A stretch of 64,000 bases of DNA from an uncultured Actinomycetes bacterium (GTDB lineage Bacteria; Actinomycetota; Actinomycetes; Streptosporangiales; Streptosporangiaceae), in NCBI GenBank assembly GCA_963747705.1, contig CAVVGF010000076.1, positions 4,642 through 68,641 on the forward strand, read 5' to 3'. Made by a program: the position numbers and the translations under genes. Shown here piece by piece: positions 49,734 to 59,044 of the stretch; position 1 is the stretch's first letter; every line of letters begins with the position of its first letter. The notes beneath the pieces were generated by a model. The model saw nothing but the letters and a program-made list of their open reading frames with translations, did no database searches and was not told the origin of the DNA.

Positions 49734-51604
49734 GTGTTCGCACTCCGCGCCGCCACCGCCGCGTTCAGCACCGTCGTCACCCTGGCCGTGCCGTCCGCCT
49801 TACCCGCCGCCCCGGCGGCCGCCGCCGAGGCCCGGGCGGCCGCGATCCGCCCCGCGGTCGCGGTCGCTGCCGCTGCCGCGCCGGCGGCGGCGCCGTCGGC
49901 GGCCAGCACCGGGGCCACCGGGGTCATCGTGCAGATGTTTGACTGGCCCTGGCCGGCCATCGGTGCGGAGTGCACCAGCGTGCTCGGCCCGGACGGGTAC
50001 GGCGCGGTGCAGATCTCCCCGCCCGAGGAGGCCGTGGTGCTGGCCGCCGACGGCTACCCGTGGTGGCAGGCCTACCAGCCGGTCAGCTACAGCCTGAACT
50101 CGCGGTTCGGCACCGAGACCCAGCTCGCGTCGATGATCTCGGCCTGCCACGCCGCCGGCGTCAAGGTGTACGCCGACGTGGTGCTGAACCACATGACCGG
50201 CCAGGTCAACGGCGGGGTCGGAGACGACGGCACCACGTTCCCTGACAACTTCGACTACCCGCCGCTGTACAGCGAATCCGACTTCCACAGCTGCCACACC
50301 TCGATCACTGACTGGGACGACGAGTCCCAGGTGTGGAACTGCGAGCTGAGCGGCCTGGCCGACCTGGACACCGGGTCGAGCTACGTGCAGCAGCAGGAGG
50401 CTGGCTACCTGAACAGCCTGATCGCGCTGGGCGTGGACGGCTTCCGCTGGGACTCGGCCAAGGAGATGGACCCGGCCGACATCGCCGCGATCGAGGCGCT
50501 GCTGACCAAGCCGGTGTTCATCTACCAGGACGTCGAGTACGGGGCCGGGCAGCCGGTCACCCCGGACCTGTACGAGGGCACTGGGTCGCTGGAGGAGTAC
50601 CGGTACGGCTGGGACCTGTACGACGCGTTCACCTCGGGCACGCTGGCCTCGCTGAGTGACTTCGGCCCGTCCTGGAACTCGGCGGGCATGGTGCCGAGCG
50701 CGGACGCGGTCGCGTTCGTGGACACCCAGGACACCGAACGGGCCGGCGGGGCGCTGACCTACGCCAACGGCGCGCAGTACATCCTGGCCAACGTGTTCTT
50801 GCTGGCCTGGGACTACGGCACCCCCAGGGTGCTGTCCGACTACGCGTTCAGCAGCTACGACCAGGGCCCGCCGAGCGCGGGGGGCAACGCGATCGCCACC
50901 CCGTGCTGCGGCAATGGAACCTGGGAGTGCGAGCAGCGCTGGCCGGCCATCGCCGGCATGGTGGGCTGGCACAACGCGGCGGGCACCGCGGCGGTGGCGA
51001 ACTGGTGGAGCGATGGCAGCAACGTGATCGCGTTCAGCCGCGGGTCGGCCGCCTGGGTGGCCATCAACGCGGAGAGCGCGCCCGGTCACCGAGACGTTCA
51101 GCCACCGGGCTGCCGGCCGGCGCCTACTGCGACGTGATCAGCGGGTCGGCCGCCGCCGGGGGCTGCACCGGCACCACGGTGGTGGTGAACGCGGCGGGCC
51201 AGGCCACGGTGACCGTGCCGGCCATGGGCGCGGTCGGCATCGACGTGGCCGCCGAGGACAGCGCTGCGGCCGTGGCCGAGACCGTCACCGTGACCGTGCC
51301 GGCCGATACCGACGCGTCGGGCGACACGGTGTACCTGGCCGGGAACCTGTCCGTGCTCGGCGTGGGCCAGTCCGACTGGGCGCCCAACGGCATCCCGATG
51401 ACCCGTCTTAACGCCAGTACCTGGACCGCGACCGTCCAGGCAGCCGCGGACGCCACGCTGTCGTACAAGTACGACCTGGGTGGCAGCTGGAGCAACGTGG
51501 AGGAGACGGCCAGTTGCGGTTACGTGGCCAACCGGAGCATGGCGGTAAACGGTGGCACGGTCAGCGACACCGTTGCCGCCTGGGCCGGTCTCGGTGGCTG
51601 CTGA
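49734..51604 (+). CDS. Secreted GH13 alpha-amylase with C-terminal starch-binding-type module, apparent frameshift(s) about 51080-51110
   Basis: Motifs DVVLNH, GFRWDSAKE and FVDTQD. The C-terminal module follows after ..TGLPAGAYCDVISG.. in another frame. Confidence 0.8.
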
Positions 51605-51828
51605 AAATTTTCAGCCGGACGTATTCTGGCCGGATTCCGGTATTCCTTTCGCGCCGCCAGAGAAATAAGCAGTCCCATTCCCGGGCCGGCCGCAAGGAAC
51701 CCTGCCGCAAGGAACCTCGGCGCATGGAATCTTGGCCCAGGGTGTCACAGCCGGCCTAGCTGCTCCGTCTCAGAGAACGCCCGGCCCGCAATACCGGCGG
51801 GCAGGCACGCTTTCGGAGGGAGCAGGAC

Positions 51829-52794
51829 ATGCGTATCTTCGTCGCCGGTGCGACCGGTGTCATCGGGCAGCAACTGCTGCCGCTGCTGGTGGCCCAGGGA
51901 CACCAGGTCACCGGCACCACCCGGAGCCCGGCCAAGCTGGACCGGCTGCGCGCGCTCGGTGCCGAGCCGGTGATCCTGGACGGCCTGGACGGGGCGGCCG
52001 TCGGTGAGACGGTGGCCCGGGCCGAGCCGGAGGTGGTCATTCACCAGATGACCACGCTGGCCGGGGCCAACCTCGGAAACCTGCGCCGTTTCGACCGCGA
52101 GTTCGCCGTCACCAACCAGCTGCGCACCGTGGGCACCGACCATTTGCTGGCCGCGGCCCAGGCGGCCGGCGCCCGGCGGTTCATCGCGCAGGGCTACGCC
52201 GGCTGGCCCGGCGACCGGAGCGGCCCGCCGGTGCAGTCCGAGGATGACCCGCTGGACCCGGACCCGCCTGCGGGCCAGCGCGAGACGCTGGCCGCGTTCC
52301 GCCACCTGGAGCAGGCGGTCCCCGCGGCGGCTGGACTGGACGGGCTGGTACTGCGCTATGGATCGCTGTACGGCTACGGGGCCAGCGACGAGTTCTTCGA
52401 CCTGGCCCGCAAGCGCAAGGTGCCGGTCATCGGCAGCGCCGCGGGTATCTGGTCGTTCCTGCACGTGGCCGACGCGGCCACGGCCACCGCGGCCGCCATC
52501 GAGCACGGTAGCCCGGGGCTGTACAACGTGGTCGATGATGAGCCAGCTACCGTGGCGGAATGGTTGCCTTTCCTGGCCCAGGCAGTGGGCGGCAAGCCGC
52601 CGTACCACATCCCGGCCTGGCTGGGACGGCTGGCCGCGGGCGAGGTCGGCATCTCGATGATGACCCAGGTCCGCGGCTGCACGAACGCCAAGGCCAAGCG
52701 GGAGCTGGGCTGGCAGCTGCAGTTTCCGAGCTGGCGGCTGGGGTTCACCCGCGGGCTGGCCGCCCCGGCCAGGTCCACCGCCGCCGATGCCTAG
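51829..52794 (+). CDS. NAD(P)-dependent epimerase/dehydratase family protein
   Basis: 321 aa with MRIFVAGATGVIGQ Rossmann motif. RBS GGAGGGAG. Confidence 0.85.
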   Translation: MRIFVAGATGVIGQQLLPLLVAQGHQVTGTTRSPAKLDRLRALGAEPVILDGLDGAAVGETVARAEPEVVIHQMTTLAGANLGNLRRFDREFAVTNQLRTVGTDHLLAAAQAAGARRFIAQGYAGWPGDRSGPPVQSEDDPLDPDPPAGQRETLAAFRHLEQAVPAAAGLDGLVLRYGSLYGYGASDEFFDLARKRKVPVIGSAAGIWSFLHVADAATATAAAIEHGSPGLYNVVDDEPATVAEWLPFLAQAVGGKPPYHIPAWLGRLAAGEVGISMMTQVRGCTNAKAKRELGWQLQFPSWRLGFTRGLAAPARSTAADA

Positions 52795-53764
52795 CCGGAC
52801 GGCGGTGCCCACGGTGACCAGCGGTACCGCCTACCAGCAGTACCGGCCGCTGCTGTTCGCCATCGCGTACCGGATGCTGGGCAGCGTCACCGAGGCCGAG
52901 GACGTGCTGCAGGAAGCGTTCCTGCGCTACCACCGCGCCGAATCGGCCGGGACCGGCATCGAATCGCCCAAGGCGTACTTGTCCGCGGTGACCACCCGGC
53001 TGTGCATCGACGAGCTGCGCTCGGCCCGTGCGCGCCGCGAGGCCTACCCGGGTGAGTGGCTGCCGGAGCCGCTGCTGACCGCGGACAACGCCACGGCGAC
53101 CGGGCCGGCGCCGGAGGACCCGGCCGCCGCGGCCGAGCGGGCGGACACCCTGTCCATGGCCTTCCTGCTGCTGCTGGAGCGGCTGACCCCGGTCGAGCGG
53201 GCCGTGTTCCTGCTGCATGACGTGTTCAGCTACGGCTACGACGAGGTCGCGTCGATCGTGGGCAAGACCGAGGACAATTGCCGCCAGCTGGCGCTGCGCG
53301 CGCGGCGGCACGTGGCCGACGGAAAGCCGCGCTTCGAGGCGTCCCGCGGCAAGCGGGACGAGCTGGCCGCGACGTTCTTCCGCGCGGTGCAGGACGGGGA
53401 CCTGGATGGACTGGTCGGCATGCTGGCCGCGGACATCGTCGTGGTGGGCGACAACGCGGGCGTCCAGCCGAGCTGGCCGCGTCCGATCACCGGCCGGGAC
53501 CGGGTCGGCCGGCTGCTGGTCGGGCTGGGCCAGCAGATCCAGGAGGCGGGCATCCTGATCCGCCCCACCGAGGTGAACGGCCAGCCCGGCGCGCTGTGCC
53601 TGGATTCTGGCGGCCGCATCGCCAACGTGTTCGTGCTGGACATCGCGGGCGGGCGGGTGCAGGCCATCCGCTCCGTCATCAGCCCGGGCAAGCTGCGCCA
53701 CCTTGGCCCGCTGGCCGACCTGGAGCAGCTCCGCGACCAGCGCCGGGCAAACCGCGGGCATTGA
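52787..53764 (+). CDS. ECF sigma factor with SnoaL-like C-terminal extension (ECF41/SigJ-like)
   Basis: 325 aa with sigma regions 2 and 4 plus a roughly 110-aa C-terminal extension. Overlaps the epimerase gene by 8 nt. Confidence 0.8.
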   Translation: MPSRTAVPTVTSGTAYQQYRPLLFAIAYRMLGSVTEAEDVLQEAFLRYHRAESAGTGIESPKAYLSAVTTRLCIDELRSARARREAYPGEWLPEPLLTADNATATGPAPEDPAAAAERADTLSMAFLLLLERLTPVERAVFLLHDVFSYGYDEVASIVGKTEDNCRQLALRARRHVADGKPRFEASRGKRDELAATFFRAVQDGDLDGLVGMLAADIVVVGDNAGVQPSWPRPITGRDRVGRLLVGLGQQIQEAGILIRPTEVNGQPGALCLDSGGRIANVFVLDIAGGRVQAIRSVISPGKLRHLGPLADLEQLRDQRRANRGH

Positions 53765-53831
53765 CCTTGAACCGGCCTGCCCGCCCGGCTGCGCGGCTTA
53801 TGCTCATATCCCAGAGCGCGCGGAGGCTTGG

Positions 53832-54170
53832 GTGAGCGATTTCGACGAGATCCTGAAGCGGCTGGAAGTCCTGGAGACCCAGGTGGCCGCGCTGGCCGAG
53901 GCGCAGCACGAGGGGCGCCGGGCGGCCGACCTGTTCGCCATGGTGGACCGGGACGTGGCCGACCTGAACACCGCGTTCGGCTCCCAGCGCAAGCTGATGC
54001 AGGCGCTGCGCGATGAGCAGGCCGGCCAGGGGAGCAGCCTGGCCGAGCACGGCCAGGCCCTGGACGGGATCATCGCCACCCTGCGCGTCATCCATGACAC
54101 CCAGCTCAAGCAGGGCCGGCACCTGGCCGAGCAGGGCCGCGTGCTGGCCCGGCTCGATCCCGGCCACTGA
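53832..54170 (+). CDS. Hypothetical coiled-coil protein (112 aa)
   Basis: GTG 53832 follows GGAGG. The sequence is heptad-like (LKRLEVLETQVAALAEAQ...). Confidence 0.4.
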   Translation: MSDFDEILKRLEVLETQVAALAEAQHEGRRAADLFAMVDRDVADLNTAFGSQRKLMQALRDEQAGQGSSLAEHGQALDGIIATLRVIHDTQLKQGRHLAEQGRVLARLDPGH

Positions 54171-54224
54171 GCCGCCTGCACTGATCTGCTGATACTGAGT
54201 TTCCGGTTACGGGGGGATATCCAG

Positions 54225-54600
54225 ATGCTCGATCACGTCTCGATCCAGTGCCAAGACCCGGCCGCGAGCGCGCGCGTTCTATGACGCCGTGCTGCCCACC
54301 GTCGGTGGCGGCCGGGTCATGGACTTCGGAACAGTCGTCGGCTATGGGATCGGCGGCAAGCCGGATTTCTGGATCGGCCCACACAATACCGGCGAGGGCT
54401 TCCGCGAGTCCCACCTGGCGTTCGAGGCGCCCAGCCGGGCCGCGGTACGGGACTTCTTCGCGGCCGCGGTCGGCACCGGCGCCGAAGTGCTGTACGAGCC
54501 ACGGCTCTGGCCGGAGTATCACGCCAGCTACTACGGTGCGTTCGTCCGCGACCCCGACGGCAACAACGTCGAGGCCGTCTGCCACCTCCCCGGGGCCTGA
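54225..54600 (+). CDS. VOC/glyoxalase family protein, apparent frameshift about 54272
   Basis: MLDHVSIQCQDPAASAR / FYDAVLPTVGG joins only if 1 nt is removed from the GCGCGCGCG run. The C-terminal motif is FVRDPDGNNVEAV. Confidence 0.7.
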
Positions 54601-54816
54601 GCCCGGACTTAGCCCGGAGACTGAGCCGGGGCCTTCGCCAGGGACTTGCCGGCCAGCTGGCCCAGGCCACCCTGCTGGCCACCGCGGACGACGCCAGCGT
54701 GGCCCAGGGATTCTTCGCCGTCACGGTGCGCCCCTGGCACGTGATGATGCAGGCCTAAGACTGTCGTTAGCGGATTGCCCACTGTGGCCCCTGTTGCAAC
54801 CGGGACCACTGCGGTT

Positions 54817-54839
54817 GCACAATGTAATGTCATGATCAC
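54817..54839. repeat. Half copy of the palindromic element arm
   Basis: GCACAATGTAATGTCATGATCAC ends with the same GTCATGATCAC 11-mer as copies B and C. It overlaps ATG 54832. Confidence 0.5.
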
Positions 54840-56027
54840 ACATGGTCTCTGTGCGTCCCGGCTGCGAGCCGCCACCGCGGTCCTGGCCGGCCCAGCTCTG
54901 GCCCTGGCCCTGCTGGCCCAGCCAGCCAGTGCCCAGCCAGCCAGTGCCCAGCCAGCCACGCCCAGGCGGCATCGGCCCGGGCGGGCAGCGTGGCCGCGCC
55001 CGGCGCCTCCGCCCGGGCCCACATCCTGGCGCTGGCCCGGGCCGAGCTGAAACGCAACGACCTCAACTCGGTCATCCTCAGCGTCCGGGAGGGGCGGCGC
55101 AACATCGTCACGACCGCGCTGGGCAAGTCGATGACCGCGGTGCCCGCCACCACCGCCATGCACTTCCGGATCGGCTCGGTGGCCTTCGCCTACCTCAGCA
55201 CGCTGCTGCTGCGCCTGCGGGCCGAGCACCGGATCAGCCTGAACGACCGGCTCTCCCGCTGGTTCCCGAAGCTGCCGCACAGTTCCCAGGTCACCCTGGC
55301 CATGCTGATCGAGACCCGGTCCGGGTACGCCGACTACGTGGCCCAGCCGGCCTTCCTGCGCAAGCTGGAGGCCAACCCGTTCCGGCAGTGGACCCAGCGG
55401 GAGCTGATCGCCTACGGCATCAACCCGAAGCTGTTCGGGACGCCGGGCAAGTTCCGCTACGCGCACACCAACTTCGTCCTGCTCGGCATGGCGCTGTCCC
55501 GGGCGACCGGCGAGCCGCTGGCCCGGCTGATGCGCCGCCAGGTGCTGGGCCCGCTCGGCCTGGCGGGCACGGACATCAGCAGCACCCCGAAGATCCCGTC
55601 CCCGGTACTGCACGCGTTCACCTCGGAACGCGGTAAGTACGAGGAGTCCACGTTCTGGAGCCCGTCCTGGAGCTGCGGCACCGGTGAGATCATGACCTCA
55701 AACCTCACCGACCTGGCCCGCACCGCGCAGGACATCGGCACCGGGGCGCTGCTGTCCAGGAGCGCCTACCGGATGCAGACCGCGCATATCTCGCGGCTCA
55801 AGCCCGGCGTCTACTACGGGATGGGCCTGTTCCTCGATCACGGCTGGATCATCCAGAACCCCAGCCTGAACGGCTTCAACGCGGTATTTGCCTACCTGCC
55901 GCCGCGGCATATCGCGATCGCCATCACCACCACGCTGGGCCCGCGGAGCATCTCCGGCCACAACTACAGCACCGACCTGACCCGGCAGATCGCCCGCTAC
56001 CTGGCCCCCGGCCACCCGATCAGCTAG
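54832..56027 (+). CDS. Secreted serine hydrolase (beta-lactamase / D-Ala-D-Ala carboxypeptidase family), apparent frameshift about 54960
   Basis: The signal peptide MITHGLCASRLRAATAVLAGPALALALLAQPASA is in one frame. The mature enzyme (IGSVAFAY.., YAHTNFVLLG) is in the next. Confidence 0.75.
54916..54960. repeat. 15-bp tandem repeat, about 3 copies, encoding AQPAS-AQPAS-AQPA
   Basis: GCCCAGCCAGCCAGT at 54916 and 54931, with a partial copy at 54946. It lies at the signal-peptide cleavage region. Confidence 0.85.
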
Positions 56028-56871
56028 CGGCCAGCCCGGCGATCAGGTCGCGGGACGGGCCGGGGCCGAGCGCCTCGGCGCGCAGCCGCTCGAACACCGC
56101 CGTATAGGCCTGCACCTCGCCGGGATCGTCCAGCACCAGGCCGCCGGTCAGGTACTCGGTGTACACCACCGGAGGGTCGGCCGGGTCGGCGAAGTCGAGG
56201 ATGGTGAACGGGCTGACCGGGTACGCCTGGGCCGCCGCGCCGGCCGGCAGCACCTGCAGCGTGACCCGGCCCTGGCCGGCCATCTCGGCCAGCTTCCGCA
56301 GCTGGGCCCGCAGCACGCCGGGCCCGCCCAGCTGCACCCGCAGCGCGCCCTCGCTCAGCACCAGGCACAGCTCCGGAGGCGGGGTGCCGCCGAGCACCAC
56401 CTGTCTTTCCATCCGCAACGCCACCTGCCGCTCGATGCCGTCGGCCAGCCCGGCGCCGGGCGCGGTGCGCAACATCGCCCGGGCGTAGTCCTCGGTCTGC
56501 ACCAGGCCCGGTAGCACCATCGGCTGAAAATCTCGCAGCCTGGCGGCCTCGGCTTCCAGCCCCAGATACGGCTCCAGCCAGCTCGGCGTGACCGGGCCGA
56601 ACCGGTGCCACCAGCCCTTCCGCCGGGCCTCTCGGGCCAGCTCGACGAGCGCGTCGGCGGCTGCCCCGGTGACGCCGTAGACCTCAAGCAGTTCCCGCAC
56701 GTCGCCGGGCCGCGGGTTGATCCGCCCAGTTTCCATCCGGCTGATCCGGGTGCCCGAGCAATCCAGCCGCTGGCCCACGCCCTCGCAGGTTAAGCGGGCC
56801 TGCTCACGCAGGCGGCGCAGCTCGGTGCCGAGACGCTTGCGCCGGACGGTAGGGCTGGGGGTAACGGCCAT
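56020..56871 (-). CDS. XRE-family HTH regulator with DUF5753-type C-terminal domain (WhiJ-like)
   Basis: 283 aa from ATG 56871. HTH LGTELRRLREQARLTCEGVGQRLDCSGTRISRMETG. Confidence 0.85.
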   Translation of the reverse strand: MAVTPSPTVRRKRLGTELRRLREQARLTCEGVGQRLDCSGTRISRMETGRINPRPGDVRELLEVYGVTGAAADALVELAREARRKGWWHRFGPVTPSWLEPYLGLEAEAARLRDFQPMVLPGLVQTEDYARAMLRTAPGAGLADGIERQVALRMERQVVLGGTPPPELCLVLSEGALRVQLGGPGVLRAQLRKLAEMAGQGRVTLQVLPAGAAAQAYPVSPFTILDFADPADPPVVYTEYLTGGLVLDDPGEVQAYTAVFERLRAEALGPGPSRDLIAGLAAS

Positions 56872-57077
56872 ATCGTCTCCGTGCTCATACGAAACAGGAC
56901 CATGGACCCTACATGAGCAGGGCAAAAGGCGCATAATGCCGGTAAGTGCCGCGCGTGTTGCTGCCGAGGTGTGGCCAGCGCACGCACGATACTGAGACGT
57001 ATGATACGTCGTCGCATTTGCCGGGTCCGGAACCGGCACGCGCGAGGTACCCGAACTCCGGGGAGGTGATCCCCGCG

Positions 57078-57629
57078 ATGCACCGGTTCAGCACCGGCCC
57101 GTATTCCGTGCTTGCCGCCGAAGATCCGGGGCCGGCCCGCCCGGATACTGGCTGGCTGCTGCGATCTGAGCTGGTGTTCGGCGCGCTGTCTGGCGCGGTG
57201 CCCTGCGCCCGGCTGCACGCCCGGCTGGTGCTGTTCGAGTGGGGCCAGGGTGGCCTGGCCGACTCGGTGGAACTGGTCGTCTCGGAGCTGATGACCAACG
57301 CGCTGCGCGCGGCCGCCCCGGCCAGCCGCGGCTGGGCTGGCAGCCAGGGCATCCTGGCCGGCCCGTCCGGCGGGCTGCCCCCCATCGGGTTCCGTATGGC
57401 CTCGGACGAGCGGCAGGTGCTGGTCGAGGTGTGGGACGGCAACCCGGCCCCGCCGCTGCAGGGCGCGGGGCCGGTCAGCGAGGACAGCGAGAGCGGCCGC
57501 GGCCTATTAATGGTGCAGCAGGTCAGCCGCCAGTGGGGGTACTACTACCCGGCCGCCGAGCCGGGTCAGGCCGGGCCCGGCGAGTTCCCGGTCAAGGTGG
57601 TCTGGGCGCTGGTCGCCGCCGTGCGCTGA
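57078..57629 (+). CDS. ATP-binding protein (HATPase_c_2, anti-sigma-factor-kinase-like)
   Basis: ATG 57078 follows GGGAGG. Motifs ELMTNALRAA and ESGRGLLMV. Divergent from the XRE gene. Confidence 0.7.
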   Translation: MHRFSTGPYSVLAAEDPGPARPDTGWLLRSELVFGALSGAVPCARLHARLVLFEWGQGGLADSVELVVSELMTNALRAAAPASRGWAGSQGILAGPSGGLPPIGFRMASDERQVLVEVWDGNPAPPLQGAGPVSEDSESGRGLLMVQQVSRQWGYYYPAAEPGQAGPGEFPVKVVWALVAAVR

Positions 57630-57643
57630 GCCGCTACCCAGAT

Positions 57644-58657
57644 TCAGCTGGCGGGAGCCCGGCCGGTGCTGCCCCGCACGGTCAGCTCCGGCGGCAGCAG
57701 CGCCACCTCGGTGGCCGCGCCGTCGGCCAGCCGGCGGGTCAGCATTTCCACGGCCCGGCGGCCCATGTCCTCGGCCGGGATGGCTACCGACGTCAGGTGC
57801 GGCGCCGTCCGCTCGGCCACCTCGTCCGGGCAGATGGCCACCACCGACATGTCCTCGGGCACCGTCCGGCCGGCCGTGCGCAGCACGCTGAGCAGCGGCG
57901 AGATGATCGCCTCGTTCTGCACCACGAGACCGGTGGTGCCCGGCCGGTCCTGCAGGATCCGGGTGATCGCCCCGGCCGCCGCCTCGTGGCTGGCCTCGCA
58001 GGGCCGGTGCACCAGCCGGAGGCCGCGCGCCGCCGCGTGCTCGGCCGCGCCGCACAGCGTCCGCTCCGCGAACCCGCTGCGCCGCTGGTACACCGCGGGC
58101 GCCTCGCCGATGAACGCGACCTCCCGGTGACCGAGCCCGGCCAGGTGCTCGACGCATAGCCCGCCGGCCGCGGCGAAGTCGAGGTCGACGCAGGCCAGCC
58201 CGGCCGTGTCAGCGGGCACCCCGATCAGCACCGCGTCGATGCCGGTCTCCCGCAGCATCGGGATGCGCTCGTCGGCCATGCCCACGTCCATCAGGATCAT
58301 GGCGTCGGCCCGGGCGCTGACCGCGACCCGGCGGATGCCCTCCGGGCCCTCCTCGTTGGTCAGCAGCAGGACGTCGTAGCCGAACCGCCGCGCCGTGGTG
58401 GTCACGGCGATGGCGATCTCCATCATCACCGGCATGTACAGGTCCCCGCGCAGCGGCACGACCAGCGCGATGATGTTCGACCGGTTGCTGGCCAGGGCCC
58501 GGGCGCCCGCGTGCGGGTGGTAGTCGAGCAGTTCAATGCTGCGCTCGACCCGGCGCCGGGTGGCCGCGGATACCGAGCGCTTCCCGCTGAGCACGTAGGA
58601 CACCGTGCTGGCGGCCACCCCCGCGTGACGGGCCACGTCGGCGAGTGTCGCCGCCAT
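57644..58657 (-). CDS. LacI family transcriptional regulator
   Basis: 337 aa with HTH TLADVARHAGVAASTVSYVLSG. Confidence 0.9.
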   Translation of the reverse strand: MAATLADVARHAGVAASTVSYVLSGKRSVSAATRRRVERSIELLDYHPHAGARALASNRSNIIALVVPLRGDLYMPVMMEIAIAVTTTARRFGYDVLLLTNEEGPEGIRRVAVSARADAMILMDVGMADERIPMLRETGIDAVLIGVPADTAGLACVDLDFAAAGGLCVEHLAGLGHREVAFIGEAPAVYQRRSGFAERTLCGAAEHAAARGLRLVHRPCEASHEAAAGAITRILQDRPGTTGLVVQNEAIISPLLSVLRTAGRTVPEDMSVVAICPDEVAERTAPHLTSVAIPAEDMGRRAVEMLTRRLADGAATEVALLPPELTVRGSTGRAPAS

Positions 58658-58682
58658 CTGCGCCCTCCCCAGGTGACCGAAA

Positions 58683-58696
58683 TCGAAGCGCTTCGA
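58683..58696. promoter_or_regulatory. Perfect 14-bp palindrome TCGAAGCGCTTCGA (LacI-type operator)
   Basis: Lies 26 bp upstream of the LacI start. Shares the 12-bp core CGAAGCGCTTCG with 58862-58875. Confidence 0.55.
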
Positions 58697-58861
58697 CCTC
58701 GGCTTACCTCATCGCCCCGAGGTGACTAATGTCCACAATATCATCGCCCCTCGTTCCGGCCGTCCGCTTTTTGCCCAGCTTGCAGCCCGTTTCGGCACCG
58801 TTCGGCGGGACCGAACACTGCCGCCCGCCCGCGCCGCCACCAGCCCAAGACACTGCCCCGA

Positions 58862-58875
58862 GCGAAGCGCTTCGC
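58862..58875. promoter_or_regulatory. Perfect 14-bp palindrome GCGAAGCGCTTCGC (LacI-type operator)
   Basis: Second copy of the CGAAGCGCTTCG core in the same 385-bp spacer. Confidence 0.5.
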
Positions 58876-59044
58876 CCGCCCGCCTATGGCCTGCCCGCCA
58901 CCTCCGCCCCCCGGATACCCGCCGCGGCCCGGCACCCCGCCACCGCGCCGCGACCCGGCCACCCGCAGCCCGGCCACCCGCCGCCACCCCATAACCCGGA
59001 CCGCGTGATTGAAACAGTCATGCGGTCCGGTGTGACTGAATGAT

